The translations under genes and the position numbers were made by a program. This document shows positions 1 to 13,300 of a stretch of 64,000 bases of DNA, one piece after another. The notes beneath the pieces were generated by a model, which was given only the letters and a program-made list of their open reading frames with translations, did not search any database and had not been told where the DNA came from. Within the stretch, counting starts at the first letter, position 1. Every line of letters begins with the position of its first letter. Origin of the DNA: Bugula neritina (Eukaryota; Animalia; Bryozoa); the NCBI GenBank assembly GCA_964035545.1, contig CAXIUT010000073.1, positions 502,564-566,563 on the forward strand. Reading direction: 5' to 3'.

Positions 1-1064
1 TTTGCAAACATATGAGAAATAAATGAGTCATTCTATGAAAAGAGGTGTTTGCAGCACTTGTCCACTTTTGATTTACACGCGGCATCGAAACTTTTGTAGT
101 TTTAAATAATGTCTCCAAATTCATCACTTGCATGTGTTTAGATACTTGATGAAAATGTTTATGCAAAATTTGATGCCTGCTTCAAAGACACCAGTGCTTA
201 ATTACTGTGTTAACTGTATTGGCACGTTGCCATGAGATATTTGGTAATATTTCGCATCACAACAAACTCTTCAGAAAGTTAAGAAAATCAGTCTTGAAAG
301 TTAATGAAATAAACCTACCAGAGAGAGTAAGCCAGATGTAACAAGTAGATCCAAAACAAGTTGATTAACAATTGAAGTTGAAGTCTCGATGTAGTCAACA
401 CTTTAGTCCTAACGTCAAATGCTAACGTCTGCAACCAAACTGTGAAGACTTCATGAGCTGGTTAGCTGACAGGACACATTAAAGTTCTTAACTCTTGTGT
501 GTATAGTGATGCCCATCTTGAACTAGAGAGGGCTGACTGAAGACTGCTACTTTGTGAAAATTGACAATGCATATTATTATTATTCATTGTTGAGATTCAC
601 GACTGCCATAAACAATGATAAAATATTCATTGTTGGTACTACTGAGTAGAATAAAATATAATATAATATTGTTTTCTGGACAGAAAAGTAATATCAAATG
701 CATATTATAACTTACCATAAATCTACAGTGCTTCACATCTTCACCTTTTCCTGCAATTTTATTTCTTTGCAGTTAGAAGTAGTAGCTGAATATATGACGA
801 TGAAACATAACCCTTCAATTTCATTGCACCAGCACCAGTTGCAAGATAGGTGTGTTGGGAGTTATCTTTCCTAAAAATTTGTTCTTGGTGTTTATACGAA
901 GCAGACACAGGCTAATATTAGTTTTGTTATTTGCAAGAGTTTTCCTGTCTGATTTTCCATCAGCAAAAGTTTGCGCCTTGCAGTTATTATGAAAATACCA
1001 GTGATGCTGGAAGACCTTTGCATTGTACACCCGCCTTTACTATTGAATTTAGATGTTTTATTTT

Positions 1065-1093
1065 CCCATCCCCTCTCCTGCCCCCCTATCCCC
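1065..1093 (-). other. Canonical G-quadruplex motif (minus strand) / i-motif (plus strand); recurs in each monomer
   Basis: The minus strand reads GGGG-ATA-GGGGGG-CAGGAGA-GGGG-AT-GGG, fitting G3+N1-7 x4. The B-type variant has five G-tracts (GGGG ACA GGGGGG C GGG AGA GGGG AT GGG). Confidence 0.7.
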
Positions 1094-1111
1094 TCTAACA
1101 ACCAGCAATCT

Positions 1112-1371
1112 TGACTCATGTGAATTTTGTTATTGTTCTAGAGTTGGCCCATGGGCCTACAGTATACGATTTGAAACTTTATAGTTTACAGGCAGTCGAG
1201 ATGAGTCAGTGCTGAAACCCATTTTATTAGTAGACTATATTGCTCTTCAATAATCAGTTTTCATATTAAAAGAGAAAGCTCATCTGCAGCGCCATTTTAC
1301 AGTGTTATATTTTGCCAGAGCAATAACTAATTTTAGATGCCTTTGCAAACATATGAGAAATAAATGAGTCA
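1112..1371. promoter_or_regulatory. Cluster of three AP-1/bZIP-type TGA(G/C)TCA motifs per monomer (motif match only)
   Basis: TGACTCA at 1112-1118, TGAGTCA at 1202-1208 and TGAGTCA at 1365-1371 (= monomer position 24-30). All read ATGAGTCA on one strand. Function is not shown. Confidence 0.4.
1146..1157. other. Perfect 12-bp palindrome GGCCCATGGGCC; recurs in each monomer
   Basis: Directly visible, and unchanged in all copies I inspected. Only the flanking base varies (T/C). Confidence 0.9.
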
Positions 1372-4300
1372 TTCTATGAAAAGAGGTGTTTGCAGCACTT
1401 GTCCACTTTTGATTTACACGCGGCATGGAAACTTTTGTAGTTTTAAATAATGTCTCCAAATTCATCACTTGCATGTGTTTAGATACTTGATGAAAATTTT
1501 TATGCAAAACTTGATGCCTGCTTCAAAGACACCAGTGCTTAATTACTGTGTTAACTGTATTGGCACGTTGCCATGAGATATTTGGTAATATTTCGCATCA
1601 CAACAAACTCTTCAGAAAGTTGAGAAAATCAGTCTAGAAAGTTAATGAAATAAACCTACCAGAGAGAGTAAGCCAGATGTAACAAGTAGATCCAAAACAA
1701 GTTGATAAACAATTGAAGTTGAAGTCTCCATGTAGTCAACACGTTAGTCCTAATGTCAAATGCAAACGTCTGCAACCAAACTGTGTAGACTTCATAAGCT
1801 GGTTAGCTGACAGGGGAGATTGAAGTTCTTAACTCTTGTGTGTATAGTGATGCCCATCTTGAACCAGAGATGGCTGACTGAAGACTGCTACTTTGTGAAA
1901 ATTGACAATGCATATTATTATTATTCATTGTTGAGATTCACGACTGCCATAAACAATGATAAAATATTCATTGTTGGTACTACTGAGTAGAATAAAATAT
2001 AATATAATATTATTTTCTGGACAGATAAATAATATCAAATGCATATTATAACTTACCATAAATATACAGTGCTTCACATCTTCACCTTTTTCTGCAATGT
2101 TATTTCTTTGCAGTTAGAAGTACTAGCTGAATATGTGACTATGAAACATAACCCTTCAATTTCATTGCACCAGCACCAGTTGCAAGATAGGTGTATTGAG
2201 AGTTATCTTTCCCAAAATTTTGTTCTTGGTGTTTATACGAAGCAGACACAGGCTAATATTAGTTTTGTTATTTGCAAGAGTTTTTCTGTCTGATTGTCCA
2301 TCAGCAAAAGTTTGCGCCTTGCAGTTATTATGGAAATACCAGTGATGCTGGAAGACCTTTGCATTGTACACCCGCCTTGACTATTGAAGTTAGATGTTTT
2401 ATTTTCCCATCCCCTCTCCCGCCCCCCTGTCCCCTCTAACAACCGGCAATCCTGACTCATGTGAATTGTGTTATTGTTCTAGAGTTGGCCCATGGGCCTA
2501 CAGTATACGATTTGAAGCTTTATAGTTTACAGGCAGTCGAGATGAGTCACTGCTGAAACCCATTTTATTAGTAGACTATATTGCTCTTCAATCATCAGTT
2601 TTCATATTAAAACAGAAAGCTCATCTGCAGCGCCATTTCACAGTGTTATATTTTGCTAGAGCAATAACTAATTTTAGATGCCTTTGCAAACATATGAGAA
2701 ATAAATGAGTCATTCTATGAAAAGAGGTGTTTGCAGCACTTGTCCACTTTTGATTTACACGCGGCATCGAAACTTTTGTAGTTTTAAATAATGTCTCCAA
2801 ATTCATCACTTGCATGTGTTTAGATACTTGATGAAAATGTTTATGCAAAATTTGATGCCTGCTTCAAAGACACCAGTGCTTAATTACTGTGTTAACTGTA
2901 TTGGCACGTTGCCATGAGATATTTGGTAATATTTCGCATCACAACAAACTCTTCAGAAAGTTACGAAAATCAGTCTAGAAAGTTAATGAAATAAACCTAC
3001 CAGAGAGAGTAAGCCAGATGTAACAAGTAGATCCAAAACAAGTTGATTAACAATTGAAGTTGAAGTCTCGATGTAGTCAACACTTTAGTCCTAACGTCAA
3101 ATGCTAACGTCTGCAACCAAACTGTGAAGACTTCATGAGCTGGTTAGCTGACAGGACACATTAAAGTTCTTAACTCTTGTGTCTATAGTGATGCCCATCT
3201 TGAACTAGAGAGGGCTGACTGAAGACTGCTACTTTGTGAAAATTGACAATGCATATTACTATTATTCATTGTTGAGATTCACGACTGCCATGAACAATGA
3301 TAAAATATTCATTGTTGGTACTACTGAGTAGAATAAAATATAATATAATATTGTTTTCTGGACAGAAAAGTAATATCAAATGCATATTATAACTTACCAT
3401 AAATCTACAGTGCTTCACATCTTCACCTTTTCCTGCAATTTTATTTCTTTGCAGTTAGAAGTAGTAGCTGAATATATGACGATGAAACATAACCCTTCAA
3501 TTTCATTGCACCAGCACCAGTTGCAAGATAGGTGTGTTGGGAGTTATCTTTCCTAAAAATTTGTTCTTGGTGTTTATACGAAGCAGACACAGGCTAATAT
3601 TAGTTTTGTTATTTGCAAGAGTTTTTCTGTCTGATTGTCCATCAGCAAAAGTTTGCGCCTTGCAGTTATTATGAAAATACCAGTGATGCTGGAAGACCTT
3701 TGCATTGTACACCCGCCTTTACTATTGAATTTAGATGTTTTATTTTCCCATCCCCTCTCCTGCCCCCCTGTCCCCTCTAACAACCAGCAATCTTGACTCA
3801 TGTGAATTTTGTTATTGTTCTAGAGTTGGCCCATGGGCCTACAGTATACGATTTGAAACTTTATAGTTTACAGGCAGTCGAGATGAGTCAGTGCTGAAAC
3901 CCATTTTATTAGTAGACTATATTGCTCTTCAATAATCAGTTTTCATATTAAAAGAGAAAGCTCATCTGCAGCGCCATTTTACAGTGTTATATTTTGCCAG
4001 AGCAATAACTAATTTTAGATGCCTTTGCAAACATATGAGAAATAAATGAGTCATTCTATGAAAAGAGGTGTTTGCAGCACTTGTCCACTTTTGATTTACA
4101 CGCGGCATGGAAACTTTTGTAGTTTTAAATAATGTCTCCAAATTCATCACTTGCATGTGTTTAGATACTTGATGAAAATTTTTATGCAAAACTTGATGCC
4201 TGCTTCAAAGACACCAGTGCTTAATTACTGTGTTAACTGTATTGGCACGTTGCCATGAGATATTTGGTAATATTTCGCATCACAACAAACTCTTCAGAAA

Positions 4301-7300
4301 GTTGAGAAAATCAGTCTAGAAAGTTAATGAAATAAACCTACCAGAGAGAGTAAGCCAGATGTAACAAGTAGATCCAAAACAAGTTGATAAACAATTGAAG
4401 TTGAAGTCTCCATGTAGTCAACACGTTAGTCCTAATGTCAAATGCAAACGTCTGCAACCAAACTGTGTAGACTTCATAAGCTGGTTAGCTGACAGGGGAG
4501 ATTGAAGTTCTTAACTCTTGTGTGTATAGTGATGCCCATCTTGAACCAGAGATGGCTGACTGAAGACTGCTACTTTGTGAAAATTGACAATGCATATTAT
4601 TATTATTCATTGTTGAGATTCACGACTGCCATAAACAATGATAAAATATTCATTGTTGGTACTACTGAGTAGAATAAAATATAATATAATATTATTTTCT
4701 GGACAGATAAATAATATCAAATGCATATTATAACTTACCATAAATATACAGTGCTTCACATCTTCACCTTTTTCTGCAATGTTATTTCTTTGCAGTTAGA
4801 AGTACTAGCTGAATATATGACTATGAAACATAACCCTTCAATTTCATTGCACCAGCACCAGTTGCAAGATAGGTGTATTGAGAGTTATCTTTCCCAAAAT
4901 TTTGTTCTTGGTGTTTATACGAAGCAGACACAGGCTAATATTAGTTTTGTTATTTGCAAGAGTTTTTCTGTCTGATTGTCCATCAGCAAAAGTTTGCGCC
5001 TTGCAGTTATTATGGAAATACCAGTGATGCTGGAAGACCTTTGCATTGTACACCCGCCTTGACTATTGAAGTTAGATGTTTTATTTTCCCATCCCCTCTC
5101 CCGCCCCCCTGTCCCCTCTAACAACCGGCAATCCTGACTCATGTGAATTGTGTTATTGTTCTAGAGTTGGCCCATGGGCCTACAGTATACGATTTGAAGC
5201 TTTATAGTTTACAGGCAGTCGAGATGAGTCACTGCTGAAACCCATTTTATTAGTAGACTATATTGCTCTTCAATCATCAGTTTTCATATTAAAACAGAAA
5301 GCTCATCTGCAGCGCCATTTCACAGTGTTATATTTTGCTAGAGCAATAACTAATTTTAGATGCCTTTGCAAACATATGAGAAATAAATGAGTCATTCTAT
5401 GAAAAGAGGTGTTTGCAGCACTTGTCCACTTTTGATTTACACGCGGCATCGAAACTTTTGTAGTTTTAAATAATGTCTCCAAATTCATCACTTGCATGTG
5501 TTTAGATACTTGATGAAAATGTTTATGCAAAATTTGATGCCTGCTTCAAAGACACCAGTGCTTAATTACTGTGTTAACTGTATTGGCACGTTGCCATGAG
5601 ATATTTGGTAATATTTCGCATCACAACAAACTCTTCAGAAAGTTAAGAAAATCAGTCTAGAAAGTTAATGAAATAAACCTACCAGAGAGAGTAAGCCAGA
5701 TGTAACAAGTAGATCCAAAACAAGTTGATTAACAATTGAAGTTGAAGTCTCGATGTAGTCAACACTTTAGTCCTAACGTCAAATGCTAACGTCTGCAACC
5801 AAACTGTGAAGACTTCATGAGCTGGTTAGCTGACAGGACACATTAAAGTTCTTAACTCTTGTGTGTATAGTGATGCCCATCTTGAACTAGAGAGGGCTGA
5901 CTGAAGACTGCTACTTTGTGAAAATTGACAATGCATATTATTATTATTCATTGTTGAGATTCACGACTGCCATAAACAATGATAAAATATTCATTGTTGG
6001 TACTACTGAGTAGAATAAAATATAATATAATATTGTTTTCTGGACAGAAAAGTAATATCAAATGCATATTATAACTTACCATAAATCTACAGTGCTTCAC
6101 ATCTTCACCTTTTCCTGCAATTTTATTTCTTTGCAGTTAGAAGTAGTAGCTGAATATATGACGATGAAACATAACCCTTCAATTTCATTGCACCAGCACC
6201 AGTTGCAAGATAGGTGTGTTGGGAGTTATCTTTCCTAAAAATTTGTTCTTGGTGTTTATACGAAGCAGACACAGGCTAATATTAGTTTTGTTATTTGCAA
6301 GAGTTTTCCTGTCTGATTTTCCATCAGCAAAAGTTTGCGCCTTGCAGTTATTATGAAAATACCAGTGATGCTGGAAGACCTTTGCATTGTACACCCGCCT
6401 TTACTATTGAATTTAGATGTTTTATTTTCCCATCCCCTCTCCTGCCCCCCTATCCCCTCTAACAACCAGCAATCTTGACTCATGTGAATTTTGTTATTGT
6501 TCTAGAGTTGGCCCATGGGCCTACAGTATACGATTTGAAACTTTATAGTTTACAGGCAGTCGAGATGAGTCAGTGCTGAAACCCATTTTATTAGTAGACT
6601 ATATTGCTCTTCAATAATCAGTTTTCATATTAAAAGAGAAAGCTCATCTGCAGCGCCATTTTACAGTGTTATATTTTGCCAGAGCAATAACTAATTTTAG
6701 ATGCCTTTGCAAACATATGAGAAATAAATGAGTCATTCTATGAAAAGAGGTGTTTGCAGCACTTGTCCACTTTTGATTTACACGCGGCATGGAAACTTTT
6801 GTAGTTTTAAATAATGTCTCCAAATTCATCACTTGCATGTGTTTAGATACTTGATGAAAATTTTTATGCAAAACTTGATGCCTGCTTCAAAGACACCAGT
6901 GCTTAATTACTGTGTTAACTGTATTGGCACGTTGCCATGAGATATTTGGTAATATTTCGCATCACAACAAACTCTTCAGAAAGTTGAGAAAATCAGTCTA
7001 GAAAGTTAATGAAATAAACCTACCAGAGAGAGTAAGCCAGATGTAACAAGTAGATCCAAAACAAGTTGATAAACAATTGAAGTTGAAGTCTCCATGTAGT
7101 CAACACGTTAGTCCTAATGTCAAATGCAAACGTCTGCAACCAAACTGTGTAGACTTCATAAGCTGGTTAGCTGACAGGGGAGATTGAAGTTCTTAACTCT
7201 TGTGTGTATAGTGATGCCCATCTTGAACCAGAGATGGCTGACTGAAGACTGCTACTTTGTGAAAATTGACAATGCATATTATTATTATTCATTGTTGAGA

Positions 7301-10300
7301 TTCACGACTGCCATAAACAATGATAAAATATTCATTGTTGGTACTACTGAGTAGAATAAAATATAATATAATATTATTTTCTGGACAGATAAATAATATC
7401 AAATGCATATTATAACTTACCATAAATATACAGTGCTTCACATCTTCACCTTTTTCTGCAATGTTATTTCTTTGCAGTTAGAAGTACTAGCTGAATATGT
7501 GACTATGAAACATAACCCTTCAATTTCATTGCACCAGCACCAGTTGCAAGATAGGTGTATTGAGAGTTATCTTTCCCAAAATTTTGTTCTTGGTGTTTAT
7601 ACGAAGCAGACACAGGCTAATATTAGTTTTGTTATTTGCAAGAGTTTTTCTGTCTGATTGTCCATCAGCAAAAGTTTGCGCCTTGCAGTTATTATGGAAA
7701 TACCAGTGATGCTGGAAGACCTTTGCATTGTACACCCGCCTTGACTATTGAAGTTAGATGTTTTATTTTCCCATCCCCTCTCCCGCCCCCCTGTCCCCTC
7801 TAACAACCGGCAATCCTGACTCATGTGAATTGTGTTATTGTTCTAGAGTTGGCCCATGGGCCTACAGTATACGATTTGAAGCTTTATAGTTTACAGGCAG
7901 TCGAGATGAGTCACTGCTGAAACCCATTTTATTAGTAGACTATATTGCTCTTCAATCATCAGTTTTCATATTAAAACAGAAAGCTCATCTGCAGCGCCAT
8001 TTCACAGTGTTATATTTTGCTAGAGCAATAACTAATTTTAGATGCCTTTGCAAACATATGAGAAATAAATGAGTCATTCTATGAAAAGAGGTGTTTGCAG
8101 CACTTGTCCACTTTTGATTTACACGCGGCATCGAAACTTTTGTAGTTTTAAATAATGTCTCCAAATTCATCACTTGCATGTGTTTAGATACTTGATGAAA
8201 ATGTTTATGCAAAATTTGATGCCTGCTTCAAAGACACCAGTGCTTAATTACTGTGTTAACTGTATTGGCACGTTGCCATGAGATATTTGGTAATATTTCG
8301 CATCACAACAAACTCTTCAGAAAGTTACGAAAATCAGTCTAGAAAGTTAATGAAATAAACCTACCAGAGAGAGTAAGCCAGATGTAACAAGTAGATCCAA
8401 AACAAGTTGATTAACAATTGAAGTTGAAGTCTCGATGTAGTCAACACTTTAGTCCTAACGTCAAATGCTAACGTCTGCAACCAAACTGTGAAGACTTCAT
8501 GAGCTGGTTAGCTGACAGGACACATTAAAGTTCTTAACTCTTGTGTCTATAGTGATGCCCATCTTGAACTAGAGAGGGCTGACTGAAGACTGCTACTTTG
8601 TGAAAATTGACAATGCATATTACTATTATTCATTGTTGAGATTCACGACTGCCATGAACAATGATAAAATATTCATTGTTGGTACTACTGAGTAGAATAA
8701 AATATAATATAATATTGTTTTCTGGACAGAAAAGTAATATCAAATGCATATTATAACTTACCATAAATCTACAGTGCTTCACATCTTCACCTTTTCCTGC
8801 AATTTTATTTCTTTGCAGTTAGAAGTAGTAGCTGAATATATGACGATGAAACATAACCCTTCAATTTCATTGCACCAGCACCAGTTGCAAGATAGGTGTG
8901 TTGGGAGTTATCTTTCCTAAAAATTTGTTCTTGGTGTTTATACGAAGCAGACACAGGCTAATATTAGTTTTGTTATTTGCAAGAGTTTTTCTGTCTGATT
9001 GTCCATCAGCAAAAGTTTGCGCCTTGCAGTTATTATGAAAATACCAGTGATGCTGGAAGACCTTTGCATTGTACACCCGCCTTTACTATTGAATTTAGAT
9101 GTTTTATTTTCCCATCCCCTCTCCTGCCCCCCTGTCCCCTCTAACAACCAGCAATCTTGACTCATGTGAATTTTGTTATTGTTCTAGAGTTGGCCCATGG
9201 GCCTACAGTATACGATTTGAAACTTTATAGTTTACAGGCAGTCGAGATGAGTCAGTGCTGAAACCCATTTTATTAGTAGACTATATTGCTCTTCAATAAT
9301 CAGTTTTCATATTAAAAGAGAAAGCTCATCTGCAGCGCCATTTTACAGTGTTATATTTTGCCAGAGCAATAACTAATTTTAGATGCCTTTGCAAACATAT
9401 GAGAAATAAATGAGTCATTCTATGAAAAGAGGTGTTTGCAGCACTTGTCCACTTTTGATTTACACGCGGCATGGAAACTTTTGTAGTTTTAAATAATGTC
9501 TCCAAATTCATCACTTGCATGTGTTTAGATACTTGATGAAAATTTTTATGCAAAACTTGATGCCTGCTTCAAAGACACCAGTGCTTAATTACTGTGTTAA
9601 CTGTATTGGCACGTTGCCATGAGATATTTGGTAATATTTCGCATCACAACAAACTCTTCAGAAAGTTGAGAAAATCAGTCTAGAAAGTTAATGAAATAAA
9701 CCTACCAGAGAGAGTAAGCCAGATGTAACAAGTAGATCCAAAACAAGTTGATAAACAATTGAAGTTGAAGTCTCCATGTAGTCAACACGTTAGTCCTAAT
9801 GTCAAATGCAAACGTCTGCAACCAAACTGTGTAGACTTCATAAGCTGGTTAGCTGACAGGGGAGATTGAAGTTCTTAACTCTTGTGTGTATAGTGATGCC
9901 CATCTTGAACCAGAGATGGCTGACTGAAGACTGCTACTTTGTGAAAATTGACAATGCATATTATTATTATTCATTGTTGAGATTCACGACTGCCATAAAC
10001 AATGATAAAATATTCATTGTTGGTACTACTGAGTAGAATAAAATATAATATAATATTATTTTCTGGACAGATAAATAATATCAAATGCATATTATAACTT
10101 ACCATAAATATACAGTGCTTCACATCTTCACCTTTTTCTGCAATGTTATTTCTTTGCAGTTAGAAGTACTAGCTGAATATATGACTATGAAACATAACCC
10201 TTCAATTTCATTGCACCAGCACCAGTTGCAAGATAGGTGTATTGAGAGTTATCTTTCCCAAAATTTTGTTCTTGGTGTTTATACGAAGCAGACACAGGCT

Positions 10301-13300
10301 AATATTAGTTTTGTTATTTGCAAGAGTTTTTCTGTCTGATTGTCCATCAGCAAAAGTTTGCGCCTTGCAGTTATTATGGAAATACCAGTGATGCTGGAAG
10401 ACCTTTGCATTGTACACCCGCCTTGACTATTGAAGTTAGATGTTTTATTTTCCCATCCCCTCTCCCGCCCCCCTGTCCCCTCTAACAACCGGCAATCCTG
10501 ACTCATGTGAATTGTGTTATTGTTCTAGAGTTGGCCCATGGGCCTACAGTATACGATTTGAAGCTTTATAGTTTACAGGCAGTCGAGATGAGTCACTGCT
10601 GAAACCCATTTTATTAGTAGACTATATTGCTCTTCAATCATCAGTTTTCATATTAAAACAGAAAGCTCATCTGCAGCGCCATTTCACAGTGTTATATTTT
10701 GCTAGAGCAATAACTAATTTTAGATGCCTTTGCAAACATATGAGAAATAAATGAGTCATTCTATGAAAAGAGGTGTTTGCAGCACTTGTCCACTTTTGAT
10801 TTACACGCGGCATCGAAACTTTTGTAGTTTTAAATAATGTCTCCAAATTCATCACTTGCATGTGTTTAGATACTTGATGAAAATGTTTATGCAAAATTTG
10901 ATGCCTGCTTCAAAGACACCAGTGCTTAATTACTGTGTTAACTGTATTGGCACGTTGCCATGAGATATTTGGTAATATTTCGCATCACAACAAACTCTTC
11001 AGAAAGTTAAGAAAATCAGTCTAGAAAGTTAATGAAATAAACCTACCAGAGAGAGTAAGCCAGATGTAACAAGTAGATCCAAAACAAGTTGATTAACAAT
11101 TGAAGTTGAAGTCTCGATGTAGTCAACACTTTAGTCCTAACGTCAAATGCTAACGTCTGCAACCAAACTGTGAAGACTTCATGAGCTGGTTAGCTGACAG
11201 GACACATTAAAGTTCTTAACTCTTGTGTGTATAGTGATGCCCATCTTGAACTAGAGAGGGCTGACTGAAGACTGCTACTTTGTGAAAATTGACAATGCAT
11301 ATTATTATTATTCATTGTTGAGATTCACGACTGCCATAAACAATGATAAAATATTCATTGTTGGTACTACTGAGTAGAATAAAATATAATATAATATTGT
11401 TTTCTGGACAGAAAAGTAATATCAAATGCATATTATAACTTACCATAAATCTACAGTGCTTCACATCTTCACCTTTTCCTGCAATTTTATTTCTTTGCAG
11501 TTAGAAGTAGTAGCTGAATATATGACGATGAAACATAACCCTTCAATTTCATTGCACCAGCACCAGTTGCAAGATAGGTGTGTTGGGAGTTATCTTTCCT
11601 AAAAATTTGTTCTTGGTGTTTATACGAAGCAGACACAGGCTAATATTAGTTTTGTTATTTGCAAGAGTTTTCCTGTCTGATTTTCCATCAGCAAAAGTTT
11701 GCGCCTTGCAGTTATTATGAAAATACCAGTGATGCTGGAAGACCTTTGCATTGTACACCCGCCTTTACTATTGAATTTAGATGTTTTATTTTCCCATCCC
11801 CTCTCCTGCCCCCCTATCCCCTCTAACAACCAGCAATCTTGACTCATGTGAATTTTGTTATTGTTCTAGAGTTGGCCCATGGGCCTACAGTATACGATTT
11901 GAAACTTTATAGTTTACAGGCAGTCGAGATGAGTCAGTGCTGAAACCCATTTTATTAGTAGACTATATTGCTCTTCAATAATCAGTTTTCATATTAAAAG
12001 AGAAAGCTCATCTGCAGCGCCATTTTACAGTGTTATATTTTGCCAGAGCAATAACTAATTTTAGATGCCTTTGCAAACATATGAGAAATAAATGAGTCAT
12101 TCTATGAAAAGAGGTGTTTGCAGCACTTGTCCACTTTTGATTTACACGCGGCATGGAAACTTTTGTAGTTTTAAATAATGTCTCCAAATTCATCACTTGC
12201 ATGTGTTTAGATACTTGATGAAAATTTTTATGCAAAACTTGATGCCTGCTTCAAAGACACCAGTGCTTAATTACTGTGTTAACTGTATTGGCACGTTGCC
12301 ATGAGATATTTGGTAATATTTCGCATCACAACAAACTCTTCAGAAAGTTGAGAAAATCAGTCTAGAAAGTTAATGAAATAAACCTACCAGAGAGAGTAAG
12401 CCAGATGTAACAAGTAGATCCAAAACAAGTTGATAAACAATTGAAGTTGAAGTCTCCATGTAGTCAACACGTTAGTCCTAATGTCAAATGCAAACGTCTG
12501 CAACCAAACTGTGTAGACTTCATAAGCTGGTTAGCTGACAGGGGAGATTGAAGTTCTTAACTCTTGTGTGTATAGTGATGCCCATCTTGAACCAGAGATG
12601 GCTGACTGAAGACTGCTACTTTGTGAAAATTGACAATGCATATTATTATTATTCATTGTTGAGATTCACGACTGCCATAAACAATGATAAAATATTCATT
12701 GTTGGTACTACTGAGTAGAATAAAATATAATATAATATTATTTTCTGGACAGATAAATAATATCAAATGCATATTATAACTTACCATAAATATACAGTGC
12801 TTCACATCTTCACCTTTTTCTGCAATGTTATTTCTTTGCAGTTAGAAGTACTAGCTGAATATGTGACTATGAAACATAACCCTTCAATTTCATTGCACCA
12901 GCACCAGTTGCAAGATAGGTGTATTGAGAGTTATCTTTCCCAAAATTTTGTTCTTGGTGTTTATACGAAGCAGACACAGGCTAATATTAGTTTTGTTATT
13001 TGCAAGAGTTTTTCTGTCTGATTGTCCATCAGCAAAAGTTTGCGCCTTGCAGTTATTATGGAAATACCAGTGATGCTGGAAGACCTTTGCATTGTACACC
13101 CGCCTTGACTATTGAAGTTAGATGTTTTATTTTCCCATCCCCTCTCCCGCCCCCCTGTCCCCTCTAACAACCGGCAATCCTGACTCATGTGAATTGTGTT
13201 ATTGTTCTAGAGTTGGCCCATGGGCCTACAGTATACGATTTGAAGCTTTATAGTTTACAGGCAGTCGAGATGAGTCACTGCTGAAACCCATTTTATTAGT

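Larger units (their letters stand above)
1..1341. repeat. Reference monomer (arbitrary phase set by window start), AT-rich, apparently non-coding
   Basis: The sequence restarts at 1342. The longest ORFs are 69-84 aa with no recognisable domain. No rRNA, tRNA or snRNA signature was recognised. Confidence 0.97.

Noticed and set aside
250-266. CENP-B box (TTCG....A..CGGG)
   Set aside because: TTCG and the A match, but the essential CGGG is absent.
319-428. Minus-strand coding exon ending at a G|GTAGGT donor, as part of a tandem-exon giant gene
   Set aside because: The candidate peptide is not domain-like, variants are not biased to synonymous positions, and no frame-preserving exon combination was found.
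707-720. U1 snRNA gene (ACTTACC)
   Set aside because: It does not continue as ATACTTACCTGGC, and there are no U1 stem-loops or Sm site in the expected arrangement.
1155-1275. 5S rRNA gene in each unit (GCCTAC...ATAC...TTGAA resembles the 5S 5' end)
   Set aside because: The similarity stops after about 20 nt. There is no box A/C internal promoter, no 5S fold and no matching 3' end.
821-1507. Repeated 69/75/75-aa minus-strand ORFs and the 84-aa plus-strand ORF as tandem protein genes
   Set aside because: They are short and overlapping, with no recognisable domain. Variants change amino acids freely and the 84-aa ORF is broken by TAA in many monomers. Their recurrence simply reflects the DNA repeat.
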